This document shows, piece by piece, positions 36,819 to 46,253 of a DNA stretch of 61,919 nt. Source of the DNA: a virus. Both the position numbers and the translations under genes were made by a program. Position 1 is the stretch's first letter. Each line of letters begins with the position of its first letter. Under the pieces are notes generated by a model. It saw only the letters and a list, made by a program, of their open reading frames with translations. It did not search any database and was not told where the DNA came from. The DNA is taken from IMG/VR virus record IMGVR_UViG_3300034025_000033, positions 1 to 61,919 of that record. One strand, 5' to 3'.

Positions 36819-39776
36819 TCAGCCTCCCATGCACTTTAAAAGCGCTTCCAGGTGCGCGATGTCGTCGCGCGTGGACTGGAGCGCATCGCCGGCGGCGACA
36901 TCGATCGTTTCGGTGCCGGCCTCGCCCTCGATGTGGACTTCGTGCGGCACCTTCACCTGGAAGTAGAAGGCCAGGGGGATGTCGGCGCCGTCGTCGCGGG
37001 CGGGTTCGGCTTCGACAGGGGCGGGTGCTGGCGCGGCTTCCTCGCTTCGCGCTGGCGTGGCTTCTGGCGTGGCGGCGGCTTCTGGTTGCGCATTCGGTTG
37101 CTCCTTTGCGGCGCCTTTATCGCGCCTCTTTACCTTCGCATCCCCCGATGCCGCAAGATCGCGGATTGCTTGTTCGGGAGAATTGGCCATTACTGATCCG
37201 ACGCGCTCGCCGTCTTTGTTGCTGACTTGATAGGTATCAGCGCCGATGTCTTTCGCGGTCCATCCGTCGGTTGCGCCTGGCTCTACCTGCGCGGCGCGCG
37301 CTGCGGCGTTGTCATTCGCGGTTTTCAGCTGCCCGGCCAGCTTCGCTTCCTTGTCGGCGGTGGCCTGGCGCCAGTCCGGTTTTTTCGCTTCCGGGTCTGC
37401 TTTCGCGCGCCGGTTGTCGAGCGCTTTCTGCAGCTTCGGCGTGCGCTTGTGGGTCGGGCCGTAGTGCTCGATCGCCGCTTCCAGTTCGGCGTCGGACATG
37501 GCCGGGATCAGTTTGTCGCGCCAGGCCGGTTCTGCCGTCAGTGCAGGGTCGGCGTCGGCGCCGCCAGCTGCGCGAACAGGATCAGGTTCACCAGTTGCCA
37601 CTGCTGCGTCGTCAGCGGTTCCGCGTGCTCCCGGCTGCGCTTGAGCAGCGCCAGTTCCGCCGGTTTCGCCGCTCCCAGCAGGATCAGCAAGTTGATCGCC
37701 TGTTCCTCGGGCAGCGCCATCTGGCGCCGCCAATACTGCGTTGTCGCCTGCATCGGGCGCTCCTGTGGGTGCATCGTTCGGTTGCAGGACAAAGCCGCCT
37801 TGCACGGGCAGCACAGTATGCGTATCGGTGAGCGCATCGGCCTTCTGCTTGCGCCGCGCCGCCATTTCAGACTTGAACGGCTCGCCTGCCGGGTTCATGA
37901 CCGTGAACGGGTCCATGATGTCGGTCAGCGTGGGGATCTCGGGAAGGTCGCTGGAATTCGGGATCCGGTCGGTGAGCATCGGGATTTCCGGGCGGTTCAG
38001 CGGGCTGCTGTTGGGCAGTTCCTCGTCCAGTGTCGGCACGTCCGGCAGCGGGCTGGACGATGGCAGCGTGTCGGTAAGGGTCGGGATGTCTTGCGGCTGG
38101 CCGATCTTGTCGTTCAAGACCGGGATGCCGTCGGCAGGTGCCAGCGTATCGGTCAAGGTCGGGATCGGTCCGGCCTGTTGCGCAGCCTGACGCGGGCCAT
38201 GCGGCGCCGGCTTGCCCAGTGCCTGCTCGCGCTCGGCCAACAGCGAGGCGGCGGCCTGCTGATCGCGTTGCTCCTTGCCGGTGCGGACCTGCTCGCCATA
38301 GGTTTCTGGTGCTGCTTCGCCGTTGGCATCGACGCGGATTGCGCCGCCCGGTGCTTCGCGGTCCGGTCCCGGCAGCATGCCCTGGTCACCCTTTTGCAGG
38401 GCGTCGAACTGCGCCTGCGTGTGCAGGGTCAGCCACTTCGACGGGATCACCGTGAACAGCTTGCCCTTCGGGTGCGGCACGATCATCAGGCCCATGCCCT
38501 TCGCGCCCGGCGAGCGCACCAGCGACTGGGCGTAATCGAGCGGCACGCCGTCGTGGCGCTGCCCCCATGCCTGCAGGTTCTGCTGCTCCGCTTCCTCGCT
38601 GGAGACGAATTTCTGTTCGGGTTCCGGTTCCGGCTCGATGCGCTTGCCCGTTTCCGGGTCGCGCCCCATGATCTCGCGCTCCTTGCGGGTGCGCTCTTCT
38701 GGGTCGGTGAACTGCGACAGGTAGGCAGCCAGATCCTGCTTGTGACCGACCGAGCCATCAGGGAACGAGATCAAAGGCTGCGGATCGTAGCCCAGTTGCA
38801 GAACCTGCTGCTCGATGGCGGCATTGGCCGCACGGGTAAGTGGACCGGATTCCTGCACTTTCTGCGAGCGTAAGACCGATGCCGCGCCGCCGGCGCCGCC
38901 ACCGACCAGCCCCACGCCGACAGAATCGACGTAATCGCGGATGGCGTCGGCCGTGCTCAGTTCCTGGCCCGCGCCATAGCGCTCGATGCCAGTCTGGATG
39001 CCTTCGGTGACTCCTTCGCGTGCCATGGCGCCGGGCACCTCGCGCACGCCGGCGCGCAGCATCGATTCGCCGGGCTTACGCGCACCCTTGAGCACGCGGC
39101 CCATCATCAGCGCGTCCATCGCGGTATCGACGCCGGCGGCGGCCACTGCCGAGCCGACCACGCGCGCCTTGTCCATGCCGTCGAGTTCGCGGCCTTCCTT
39201 GGCCGCTTCGTTGAGTGCTTCGGGGTAGATCGATCCGGCTTCCTGCGCCAGGTTGTTGCCCAGCAGGGCAGCGCCTGCGCCCCACTTCGCGCCCTGTGCC
39301 GCGACTTTGGACGCGACCTCGCGGGCAGCGAGCGAATTGGCGCCGCGCGCGACGACGCCGGCAATGCCGCGCTTGGCCAGCTGCGAACCGATGAAGCCGC
39401 CGACGCCGCCGGTGGCGAGCGCCTGCACCGCCTGGCCGGCGACATAGCCGCCCGTGTTGGCGAGCCAGTCGCTGCCGGACGCATCGCCTTCCAGCACGTT
39501 CGACAGGGAGTCGGAATCCTTCGTGATCGCCTGGATCTTCTCGCTGTTCTTCTGATACATGCTCAGGCCGACTTCCTTCAGCCCTTCCGAGCCGGCCAGG
39601 TCGCCGACCAGCGCGGCGCTGCCGCCGAGCGTCTGCGGCACCTGCAGCATGGCCTTTTCAAAACCGCGCGAGAAATTGCCCTGTTCCTTCTCGGGCTTCG
39701 GCGCCTGCTCCGCGCTGGCGTCCGACAGCGGGCGGTAGACAATGCCCTGCTTGGCGAGATCGGCAAATTTGCTCAT
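36819..39776 (-). CDS. Large internal-virion/ejection-type protein (985 aa)
   Basis: Gly/Ala-rich N-terminal region, six (I/V)P(T/V/M)L(T/N/D)(D/E) repeats, and a C-terminal DIPLAFY...ALLKCMGG domain. It sits in the block of large proteins after the tail genes. Confidence 0.8.
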   Translation of the reverse strand: MSKFADLAKQGIVYRPLSDASAEQAPKPEKEQGNFSRGFEKAMLQVPQTLGGSAALVGDLAGSEGLKEVGLSMYQKNSEKIQAITKDSDSLSNVLEGDASGSDWLANTGGYVAGQAVQALATGGVGGFIGSQLAKRGIAGVVARGANSLAAREVASKVAAQGAKWGAGAALLGNNLAQEAGSIYPEALNEAAKEGRELDGMDKARVVGSAVAAAGVDTAMDALMMGRVLKGARKPGESMLRAGVREVPGAMAREGVTEGIQTGIERYGAGQELSTADAIRDYVDSVGVGLVGGGAGGAASVLRSQKVQESGPLTRAANAAIEQQVLQLGYDPQPLISFPDGSVGHKQDLAAYLSQFTDPEERTRKEREIMGRDPETGKRIEPEPEPEQKFVSSEEAEQQNLQAWGQRHDGVPLDYAQSLVRSPGAKGMGLMIVPHPKGKLFTVIPSKWLTLHTQAQFDALQKGDQGMLPGPDREAPGGAIRVDANGEAAPETYGEQVRTGKEQRDQQAAASLLAEREQALGKPAPHGPRQAAQQAGPIPTLTDTLAPADGIPVLNDKIGQPQDIPTLTDTLPSSSPLPDVPTLDEELPNSSPLNRPEIPMLTDRIPNSSDLPEIPTLTDIMDPFTVMNPAGEPFKSEMAARRKQKADALTDTHTVLPVQGGFVLQPNDAPTGAPDAGDNAVLAAPDGAARGTGDQLADPAGSGETGGTGAAQAQPGARGTADDAAVATGEPDPVRAAGGADADPALTAEPAWRDKLIPAMSDAELEAAIEHYGPTHKRTPKLQKALDNRRAKADPEAKKPDWRQATADKEAKLAGQLKTANDNAAARAAQVEPGATDGWTAKDIGADTYQVSNKDGERVGSVMANSPEQAIRDLAASGDAKVKRRDKGAAKEQPNAQPEAAATPEATPARSEEAAPAPAPVEAEPARDDGADIPLAFYFQVKVPHEVHIEGEAGTETIDVAAGDALQSTRDDIAHLEALLKCMGG
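37915..38172 (-). repeat. Six IPTLTD-type peptide repeats
   Basis: GPIPTLTDTL, DGIPVLNDKI, QDIPTLTDTL, PDVPTLDEEL, PEIPMLTDRI and PEIPTLTDIM. Visible on the plus strand as a recurring tcggt(c/g/a)a(g/a)(c/g)(g/a)t(g/c)gggat. Confidence 0.85.
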
Positions 39777-39865
39777 CGGCTGGAATCTTTATTACTGGAA
39801 AGGGACACCCGCGATGGTATGCGGGCGCTTGATTTTGGGCAATCTATTTATTGCGCAGTGGCACA

Positions 39866-41419
39866 TCAGTTGCGCACGCGCTCCATGGCGCCGATCAGTC
39901 GCTGCTGTTCGGCTGCGCTGCGGCGGCGGTACTCGGCACCGTATTTCTGCTCCCATTCGGTATAGGCTGGCGTGACGACATGCTTGTTGCCGACCCACTC
40001 CTTTTCTTTCGGCGGGCTTGGAATGTTTGCCGAATTCGCAGCGGCTGCCGGGCGGGCGCCGGCGCCGACAGAGGCGGCCACCGGGTTCGGCACCATCTTG
40101 GCGGGCGGCTTGTAGCCTTTGGCAACCAGATCCTGGTCGGTCAGGCCGATGGTTTTGGCTTCGTTCCACGCCTGCGCATAGCCGGGCGAACCCGGATCCT
40201 TGCCGCCCAGTTCAGATTTCAGCGCGGCGTCGACCTGCAGGTTGTCGCGCGCGGCCGTCATGTCGCGCTCCAGGTTGGCGCGGAAGGTGGCGATCTGCGC
40301 CGTGGTGGCGTTCGGGGTGTTCTCCTGGTAGGTCTTCACCGCCGACTCGACGATTTTTGCGCCCACCGCGTCCGCGTCCTTGACGCCCTTGCCCGGCTTG
40401 ATCCCGGCCAGCACCTTCTTTTCGTCGGCCGTCAGCTTCACGCCGGTGGCAGCCTCGATGTCGGCGATCTGGCCGACCAGTCCCTGCTTCTTGAAGCTTT
40501 GCTTCTCCATGTTCAGGCGCTGCTGCGCGATGCCGCGCTGCGCGGCCGAATCGGCGATCGAGGCGTTCACGCGCTTTTCGTCGAGGCGTTCGGCCACGCC
40601 GTTGTGGCGCGACTGCTCGGCCTGCTGCTGCGCGCTCAAGAAGGTGCGCTGGTCGTCGTTCTGCGCCGCCATGCGCTCTTTCACCGACAGCAGCATGCGC
40701 GAAGCGTTGTGCACGTCGTCGACGACCGGCTTGCCGTCTTTCCCCAGCACGCGCTGGTTGACGAATTCGCGGCCGGTGGCGTCCTTGTCGACGAAGTGCT
40801 CGACCATCGTATCGGCCGACACCTTCCACTTTCCGCCGACCTGGTTGAACGTTTCGGCGGCCTGCTGGCCGACCGTGCCGGCCACTTTCCCGCCTGCCTT
40901 CTTGACCGCGTCGAGCGGCGGCGCCGACGACTGGATCGCGCCCAGGATCTGGTCGGTGCCTTCGCCGATCGCCTTGGCCGCGAATTCCTCCATCTGGCGT
41001 GCACGGTCGATCATGGCCGGGTCGCCCGAGGTGCGCAGCACCTGCGCGGCGCGGCGGTCCTTCTCGGCGCGCGAGTTCGCGCCGTGCAGCGCCGCCTGCG
41101 CCGCGGCCTGGTCGGCGAACGTCTGGCCGCCGGCCTTGTAGGCAACCGTCGGCTGCTTGCTCGGGTCGCCACCATTCATCTGGCTGATGTCGTAGGACGG
41201 CACGTTCTCGACGACCTGATCCTGCTGGGAGGTGACCAGGTTCGTTTCCAGTTCGTCCGCCTTGGCCTGCTTGGCCTGGCCGCGCGCATACTGCTCGTCC
41301 TCGCGCGCGTCCGTTACCTTGCGCCGCTCGTTGTTCTGGCGGATCTCCTGCCCTTTGGCGTAGCCGCTCATGCCGGCGCCGAGCGCCGCCAGAATCGATG
41401 CCAGTCCTTTTGCGCTCAT
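39866..41419 (-). CDS. Internal-virion-type protein (517 aa)
   Basis: ATG at 41419 in ATGA overlap with the upstream stop. Charged, Ala/Gln/Lys-rich and helical. The N-terminus SILAALGAGMSGYA is hydrophobic. Confidence 0.7.
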   Translation of the reverse strand: MSAKGLASILAALGAGMSGYAKGQEIRQNNERRKVTDAREDEQYARGQAKQAKADELETNLVTSQQDQVVENVPSYDISQMNGGDPSKQPTVAYKAGGQTFADQAAAQAALHGANSRAEKDRRAAQVLRTSGDPAMIDRARQMEEFAAKAIGEGTDQILGAIQSSAPPLDAVKKAGGKVAGTVGQQAAETFNQVGGKWKVSADTMVEHFVDKDATGREFVNQRVLGKDGKPVVDDVHNASRMLLSVKERMAAQNDDQRTFLSAQQQAEQSRHNGVAERLDEKRVNASIADSAAQRGIAQQRLNMEKQSFKKQGLVGQIADIEAATGVKLTADEKKVLAGIKPGKGVKDADAVGAKIVESAVKTYQENTPNATTAQIATFRANLERDMTAARDNLQVDAALKSELGGKDPGSPGYAQAWNEAKTIGLTDQDLVAKGYKPPAKMVPNPVAASVGAGARPAAAANSANIPSPPKEKEWVGNKHVVTPAYTEWEQKYGAEYRRRSAAEQQRLIGAMERVRN

Positions 41420-42525
41420 GCCTTTGCTCCCTTGGCCACGATGCCGGCCAGTTTCGTTACCTTCTTGTCCAGCGCCTTGGTCGCCGCCATGTTCGCGCCG
41501 ACGGCCGAGATCACGTCGACGAGCTTGCCGCCCGGCGCGACCTTGTCGCCCAGGTTCTTCTGCATGTCCTGCGCCATCGCGCCGATGTGCGGCTGGCCGC
41601 CGTCGGCGCCGGGCGAATCGTCCTTGTAGCTCCACGACTCGATCGGCGTCTTGCGCACGCCTTCCAGCATTTCCTCGTCGTCGACCGGCGCGCGGTTTTC
41701 CTTGGCGTTCTTGTCCGACAGGACCACGCCCATCGCGCCCAGGCCCGAGCCGAGCGACCCGGCCGCACCCATGATTTCACCCAGGCCACCGCCGGAATTG
41801 GCCGATTGCGTGCTGTACTGCTGGTTCAGGATCGACGCGGCCGAATTGTTCGCGCCCACCGCGCCGTTGAAACCGGCGCCCATGCTCGCCGCGATGCTGT
41901 TGGCCGAGCCGATCGCACTACCGACCGCGCCCGCCGCCTGGCCGCCAGCAGCAGAGGCGACGCCGTAGGTCTGCGCTGCCGTGCCGGGCATGCCGCGCGC
42001 CGCGCTCGCCGCATCCTTGCGCAGCATGATCCCCTGCAGTTCGCGGTCGGTGCGCGCCTTGTTCATGGCCGCCGCCGTGCCCAGTGCGCCCGTGCTGGCC
42101 ATGTCCTGTTCCATCGACAGCGCGCGGCCGTCGGCAGGATTGACGCCCATGCGCTGCTGCGTGCGCCGCTGCATGTCGGAGGCGGCGGACAGCTGCGCGG
42201 CAGCGTCGGTGCCGGCCTGGCCTGCAGCGCGTTCCTTCGCTTCTTCGCTGTCGTACTCGGTGGCGTCGCGCATCATCGCGTTTTCCATCGGCACGCCGGT
42301 TTCCTGGTAGCGGCGCCACAATTCCTGCGCCTGCGCGTCGTTGCGCCTGGAAGATGCGATCTGTTGCTGCGCCACCTCGGTGGTCAGCTTGTCCATCGCT
42401 TCCTGGCGCGGCGCCTGCTGTTTGTCCTTCTCCTTGAAATAGTCGATCATGTCTTTCGACAGTTGGACGTTGGCAAGGGCTGCCTTGCCGATATTTGGAT
42501 CCGGATCCGGCGAACTGGAACACAT
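41416..42525 (-). CDS. Virion protein with C-terminal S74-type intramolecular chaperone domain (369 aa)
   Basis: LSDKNAKENRAPVDDEEMLEGVRKTPIESWSYKDD...PHIGAMAQDMQKNLGDKV matches the Peptidase_S74 / endosialidase-chaperone signature. Confidence 0.75.
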   Translation of the reverse strand: MCSSSPDPDPNIGKAALANVQLSKDMIDYFKEKDKQQAPRQEAMDKLTTEVAQQQIASSRRNDAQAQELWRRYQETGVPMENAMMRDATEYDSEEAKERAAGQAGTDAAAQLSAASDMQRRTQQRMGVNPADGRALSMEQDMASTGALGTAAAMNKARTDRELQGIMLRKDAASAARGMPGTAAQTYGVASAAGGQAAGAVGSAIGSANSIAASMGAGFNGAVGANNSAASILNQQYSTQSANSGGGLGEIMGAAGSLGSGLGAMGVVLSDKNAKENRAPVDDEEMLEGVRKTPIESWSYKDDSPGADGGQPHIGAMAQDMQKNLGDKVAPGGKLVDVISAVGANMAATKALDKKVTKLAGIVAKGAKA

Positions 42526-42529
42526 GGTT

Positions 42530-43141
42530 TTACCTCCTGATGATCTTGATGAATTCGTTTGCGACGTGCTCGTATCCCATGAAGGCGAGCAGCTTGTGGG
42601 TTCCGTTGACGACCTTCGTGTTCGCGCGGATCTCGGTCACGCCCACCACGTCGCGCAGCATGCCCTCGGTGTAGCGCAGGAAGTTGATCGCGTTGCGCCC
42701 GCGGCGCGCCGGCGGCGACAGGTAGAACGTGTCTTCCTGCGCGAACAGTTCGCCCGTGTGCAGGCTGCGGTTGACGTACATGCGCAGGTTGCCCACCAGG
42801 GCGCCGGCCTCGTCGCGTGCCGTGAACTGCAGCAGCGCGCCCATCCTCTCGCGCTCGGCCATGTAGTCGTAGTCGGGCGCCAGCTTGAAGCCGGCCAGGT
42901 GGCGCTCGGTTTCAAGGAAGTGCGCCGCGTGCAGCGGCTTCAATTCCTCCAGCACGTCACGGAACGACTCGACCGCGAACGTCAGCGTGCCGCGCGTCTC
43001 GGGCGCGAAGCGGGCCGGGTCGATAGCGCGGTCCTCGCGATCGATGGCCGCGCACACGATCGCCGCGCAGGCTTCAGGCGTGAGCACCGAGCCCAGGTGC
43101 CCCACCAGCGCATCGCGCAAACTTTCGACCGTGATCCGCAT
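42530..43141 (-). CDS. GNAT-like acetyltransferase (203 aa)
   Basis: ...FYLSPPARRGRNAINFLRYTEGMLRD resembles GNAT motif A (R/Q-x-x-G-x-A/G) in a beta-alpha context. Start at ATG 43141 (MRITVESL). Confidence 0.55.
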   Translation of the reverse strand: MRITVESLRDALVGHLGSVLTPEACAAIVCAAIDREDRAIDPARFAPETRGTLTFAVESFRDVLEELKPLHAAHFLETERHLAGFKLAPDYDYMAERERMGALLQFTARDEAGALVGNLRMYVNRSLHTGELFAQEDTFYLSPPARRGRNAINFLRYTEGMLRDVVGVTEIRANTKVVNGTHKLLAFMGYEHVANEFIKIIRR

Positions 43142-43198
43142 CCCAACTCCTTTTCCGTTGTGCAAGATTATAGGGTGAATGCGGACGTAAAAATGCGG

Positions 43199-43642
43199 TC
43201 AGGCAACGACTGGGGTGGATTTATTCATGCCCAGCACCACGCCCAGCGTCGCAGGATCGAAGCGCCACGGGTCGGAAATTCCGAGTGCGGCGGCCACGGC
43301 TTCGGAGCAGAACCACTTGCGGCCGTCGCTCGGGATGCGCGCGATGATGAACTGCAGGTTGCCCATCAGGTCGTATTTCTGGCCGCGGTGCGCGTTGAAC
43401 CAGGCGTATGCCGCCTCTTCGCGCTCGGCCGGCAGGGCGATGAAATCCCAGTGCTCCGGTTCAAACTCGATCCACTTGAAGCGCACGCCGCCGTCGGCGA
43501 ACGATGACGATGCGGCGATGCCGTCCGAGAACACCAGCTCGCAGTGCGAGTACGGGCTGCGCGTCCACCAGCGCACGAGGCGGTTGTAGATGCCGGGCAG
43601 GCCGGGGCGGGTTCCCTTGTACAGAGCGAGGCGAAACGGCAT
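43199..43642 (-). CDS. Permuted papain-like (YiiX/C92-type) amidase-like protein (147 aa)
   Basis: SPYSHCELVF ... GQKYD ... KWFCSEAVAAALG follows the His-before-Cys order of permuted NlpC/P60-like amidases. Confidence 0.5.
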   Translation of the reverse strand: MPFRLALYKGTRPGLPGIYNRLVRWWTRSPYSHCELVFSDGIAASSSFADGGVRFKWIEFEPEHWDFIALPAEREEAAYAWFNAHRGQKYDLMGNLQFIIARIPSDGRKWFCSEAVAAALGISDPWRFDPATLGVVLGMNKSTPVVA

Positions 43643-43653
43643 GGGTTCTCCAG

Positions 43654-44226
43654 TTACCAGGTGATGGCGTCGATGTCGGCGGGCGTGGTGGCGAGCGCAA
43701 GTGCCGCCTTGAGTTCTTGCGCGCGTTTGAAGTGGGCGGTGCCGCGGTCGGCGATGGCCAGATTGAATGCCGTCCAGGCCGCGAGATCAGGCAGCGGCGC
43801 CCAGGTGTTGTCGATCGCCTTCCATGCGGCCGGCCAGTCCGGATGCGCCGGCATGGCGCCGGTCAGCAGCACGACGTTGTTGATGGCCTGGATCTCGACG
43901 CGGTCCGAATCGGTGTAGGCGATCTTCTTGCCGGCGAATTCGAAGTACGTATTGTTCGCCTCCAGCTTCCAGGCGTTGATCTGCGCGTTGCGCGCCGCGC
44001 GCAGTTCGTCGATCGTGGACGTTTCCTCCCAGTGGTAGGAGCCGCCGTTCCAGCGCATCACGCTCGTCTCGCTCGGCTTGCCGCTCCAGTCGATCGGCTC
44101 GTCGATCCAGTGCCAGGTATAGCCCTCAACTTCTGGCGGCGGCATCTGCGGGCCTTGCTGGTCTTGCTCGGGGCGCCCGCTCTGCGCTTCGACGATGTCG
44201 GTTTCGTTGTTGACGATGGCGTACAT
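43654..44226 (-). CDS. DUF4376-like tail-fibre-associated protein (190 aa)
   Basis: Start at ATG 44226 (MYAIVNNETDIV). ...FEFAGKKIAYTDSDRVEIQAINNVVLL...WKAIDNTWAPL...AHFKRAQELKAAL fits the DUF4376 pattern. Confidence 0.6.
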   Translation of the reverse strand: MYAIVNNETDIVEAQSGRPEQDQQGPQMPPPEVEGYTWHWIDEPIDWSGKPSETSVMRWNGGSYHWEETSTIDELRAARNAQINAWKLEANNTYFEFAGKKIAYTDSDRVEIQAINNVVLLTGAMPAHPDWPAAWKAIDNTWAPLPDLAAWTAFNLAIADRGTAHFKRAQELKAALALATTPADIDAITW

Positions 44227-44234
44227 GGGACCCC

Positions 44235-46253
44235 TTACAGGTGCTCGGCGTGAATCGGACGCGAAACGGTCGCCACCCGGTTGTCCATCCCGACGACGTT
44301 GCAGGTCAAAATGCCGTAGACGTTGCCGGGGTTGGTGACGATGTTGCTGCGGACGGTGACGGTTTGCGAGGTGGCGTTTTGCAGTGACAGCGTGCCGCCG
44401 ACCATGTCCGACAACAACCACTGCACGCTGCTGTAAGCGCCGGTGATCGATGCTCCGATCGAGCCGACCAGGATCGACTTGCCGCTGGCGGCGCCATAGA
44501 ACTCGTTGTTGCCGCCAATACTGACGGAAAGGGGGTCGAATACCGGGGCGATGAGGCGCATGCCGCTCGTTTCAAACGTGTTGGTCGCTGGCCGGAATCG
44601 CACGTAGTTGCCATTTCCCGAGCGTGCGCTGAAATACGGATCGTCCGCCGCATTCGTGCCCAGGCGCAGGCCGACGCCGGTATCGTAGGCGGTCTGTCCG
44701 GTCCACAGGGCGCCGCCAGCGCCCAGTTGGACGCTGCCGAAGAAGGCGGCCAGCACGTCGAGCGTGTCGCCCTTGATGTGCCGTGCTTCAATGTCGCCGT
44801 CGACAATCAAGGATGCATCGGTAGCGCGCTCTAGGCGCAAGTCCTGTGCGCTTTGCGTATAGCTTCCCGCGCCATCACCTGTGTACTGGAACCACACACC
44901 GATCCTGGCGGTTCTGGCATTGAAGGGGATGGCGCGACCAGCAACTTTGAACCCGAACTGACCACCTTGCCTTGAAAACGTGTTGGTTGGTGGCGCGCCG
45001 CCGTACACGTAACCCGATCTAGAACCGCCCCATCCAGTGCCCGTAATAACCACTCCGTCCTTATCAAAAAAATCAATGTAGATGAACATGCTGCGATTGT
45101 TTCCAGCGCCGGCATAAAGGCTCGCCGATAATCGGTACGTGCTGGCCGGGTCAATCACGTAGGCCCGAGCACTCTCGTAGACCTGCGCCGGCGCGCCGGT
45201 ATAGGTCGGCGCCGTGATGTAGTTGCGGCATGCCGCGCCAGGCGTATTAAAGGTGTCAACCACACGTACCAACCCGGGCGACACCAGCCACGCACTCATA
45301 TCATCCAACTCTGGAGAATCATTGATGCAGGAACCGCCACCTGATACGAGCAGATTACGAGCCTTGACCAGACCGTTGAACACGATTTTGTCTTCTTCCA
45401 GCGTCACGAGCTGCTTTGTGCCGTTGTTGGTATAGAAGCCGAACTTCTCGGCCATGAATACCAGAGCACTGGTGCCCGGCCCGGCGATCGGGTCTTCCAC
45501 CGACAGGGCGATGCCGGCGATGACCGGCGGCTGCCCGTTGACCGGGTTGGTCTGGATCTTGAGGCTGTACTGCCCTTTCAAGCCGTTGACCGCGTCGGCG
45601 ATCGCCGTAATCTGCTGCTGCACCTCGACGCCACCGCCGCCGGCTTCCAGTTCGGCCGCCACCTGCTCCACCCGGGTGGCGACGGCGCGCAGGTCGTCGG
45701 CGTAGGTGGCGCTGTATTCACGCGCGCCGGCAGCGGCCTGATTGAGCGACGACGTGATTTCTTCCAGGCGCCAGGCGAGCGCCTTCTGCTCGTTGGCGAA
45801 CTTCGATTCGATCGTGCGAATGTCGTTGCCGCGCTGGTGCGCCACATCGATCAGGGCTTCGCGCAGCTGCGCGCTGATCTGCTCGGGCAGACTTTCCAGT
45901 TCCTCGACGCTGCCGATGCGCGTCATCAGGTCTTTGTAGGCGCTTGACTCGCGCAGGGCCGCGTCGATGTCGAACGTGGCGCCGCCGTCGGTCGTGATCT
46001 GGCCGGTGCCCGGGTTGAAGATGGCGGCCGTGCCGACCATGCCGGGTATGAAGCCGCCCAGGCCGCCGGCCTGCAGGTCGCGGAAGGTCACGGCGCGGTC
46101 CCACTGCGAGCCGCGGCGCCCCAGCTGCGTCTCGATGATCTCCTTGATCTTGGCGATGTATTCGACCGACACTTCCGGCGCACCCAGCGCCGGCAGGCGC
46201 GCGGCGCTGGCGCTGGCGACTTCGTTGCCGATCAGGTCCTGGCCCGCCATCAC
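44235..46253 (-). CDS. Tail fibre / host-specificity protein (672 aa)
   Basis: Coiled-coil N-terminal third, YSLKIQTNPVNGQPPVIAGIALS...ALVFMAEKFGFY (lambda J C-terminal-like) and a beta-rich distal domain. Confidence 0.75.
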   Translation of the reverse strand: MMAGQDLIGNEVASASAARLPALGAPEVSVEYIAKIKEIIETQLGRRGSQWDRAVTFRDLQAGGLGGFIPGMVGTAAIFNPGTGQITTDGGATFDIDAALRESSAYKDLMTRIGSVEELESLPEQISAQLREALIDVAHQRGNDIRTIESKFANEQKALAWRLEEITSSLNQAAAGAREYSATYADDLRAVATRVEQVAAELEAGGGGVEVQQQITAIADAVNGLKGQYSLKIQTNPVNGQPPVIAGIALSVEDPIAGPGTSALVFMAEKFGFYTNNGTKQLVTLEEDKIVFNGLVKARNLLVSGGGSCINDSPELDDMSAWLVSPGLVRVVDTFNTPGAACRNYITAPTYTGAPAQVYESARAYVIDPASTYRLSASLYAGAGNNRSMFIYIDFFDKDGVVITGTGWGGSRSGYVYGGAPPTNTFSRQGGQFGFKVAGRAIPFNARTARIGVWFQYTGDGAGSYTQSAQDLRLERATDASLIVDGDIEARHIKGDTLDVLAAFFGSVQLGAGGALWTGQTAYDTGVGLRLGTNAADDPYFSARSGNGNYVRFRPATNTFETSGMRLIAPVFDPLSVSIGGNNEFYGAASGKSILVGSIGASITGAYSSVQWLLSDMVGGTLSLQNATSQTVTVRSNIVTNPGNVYGILTCNVVGMDNRVATVSRPIHAEHL

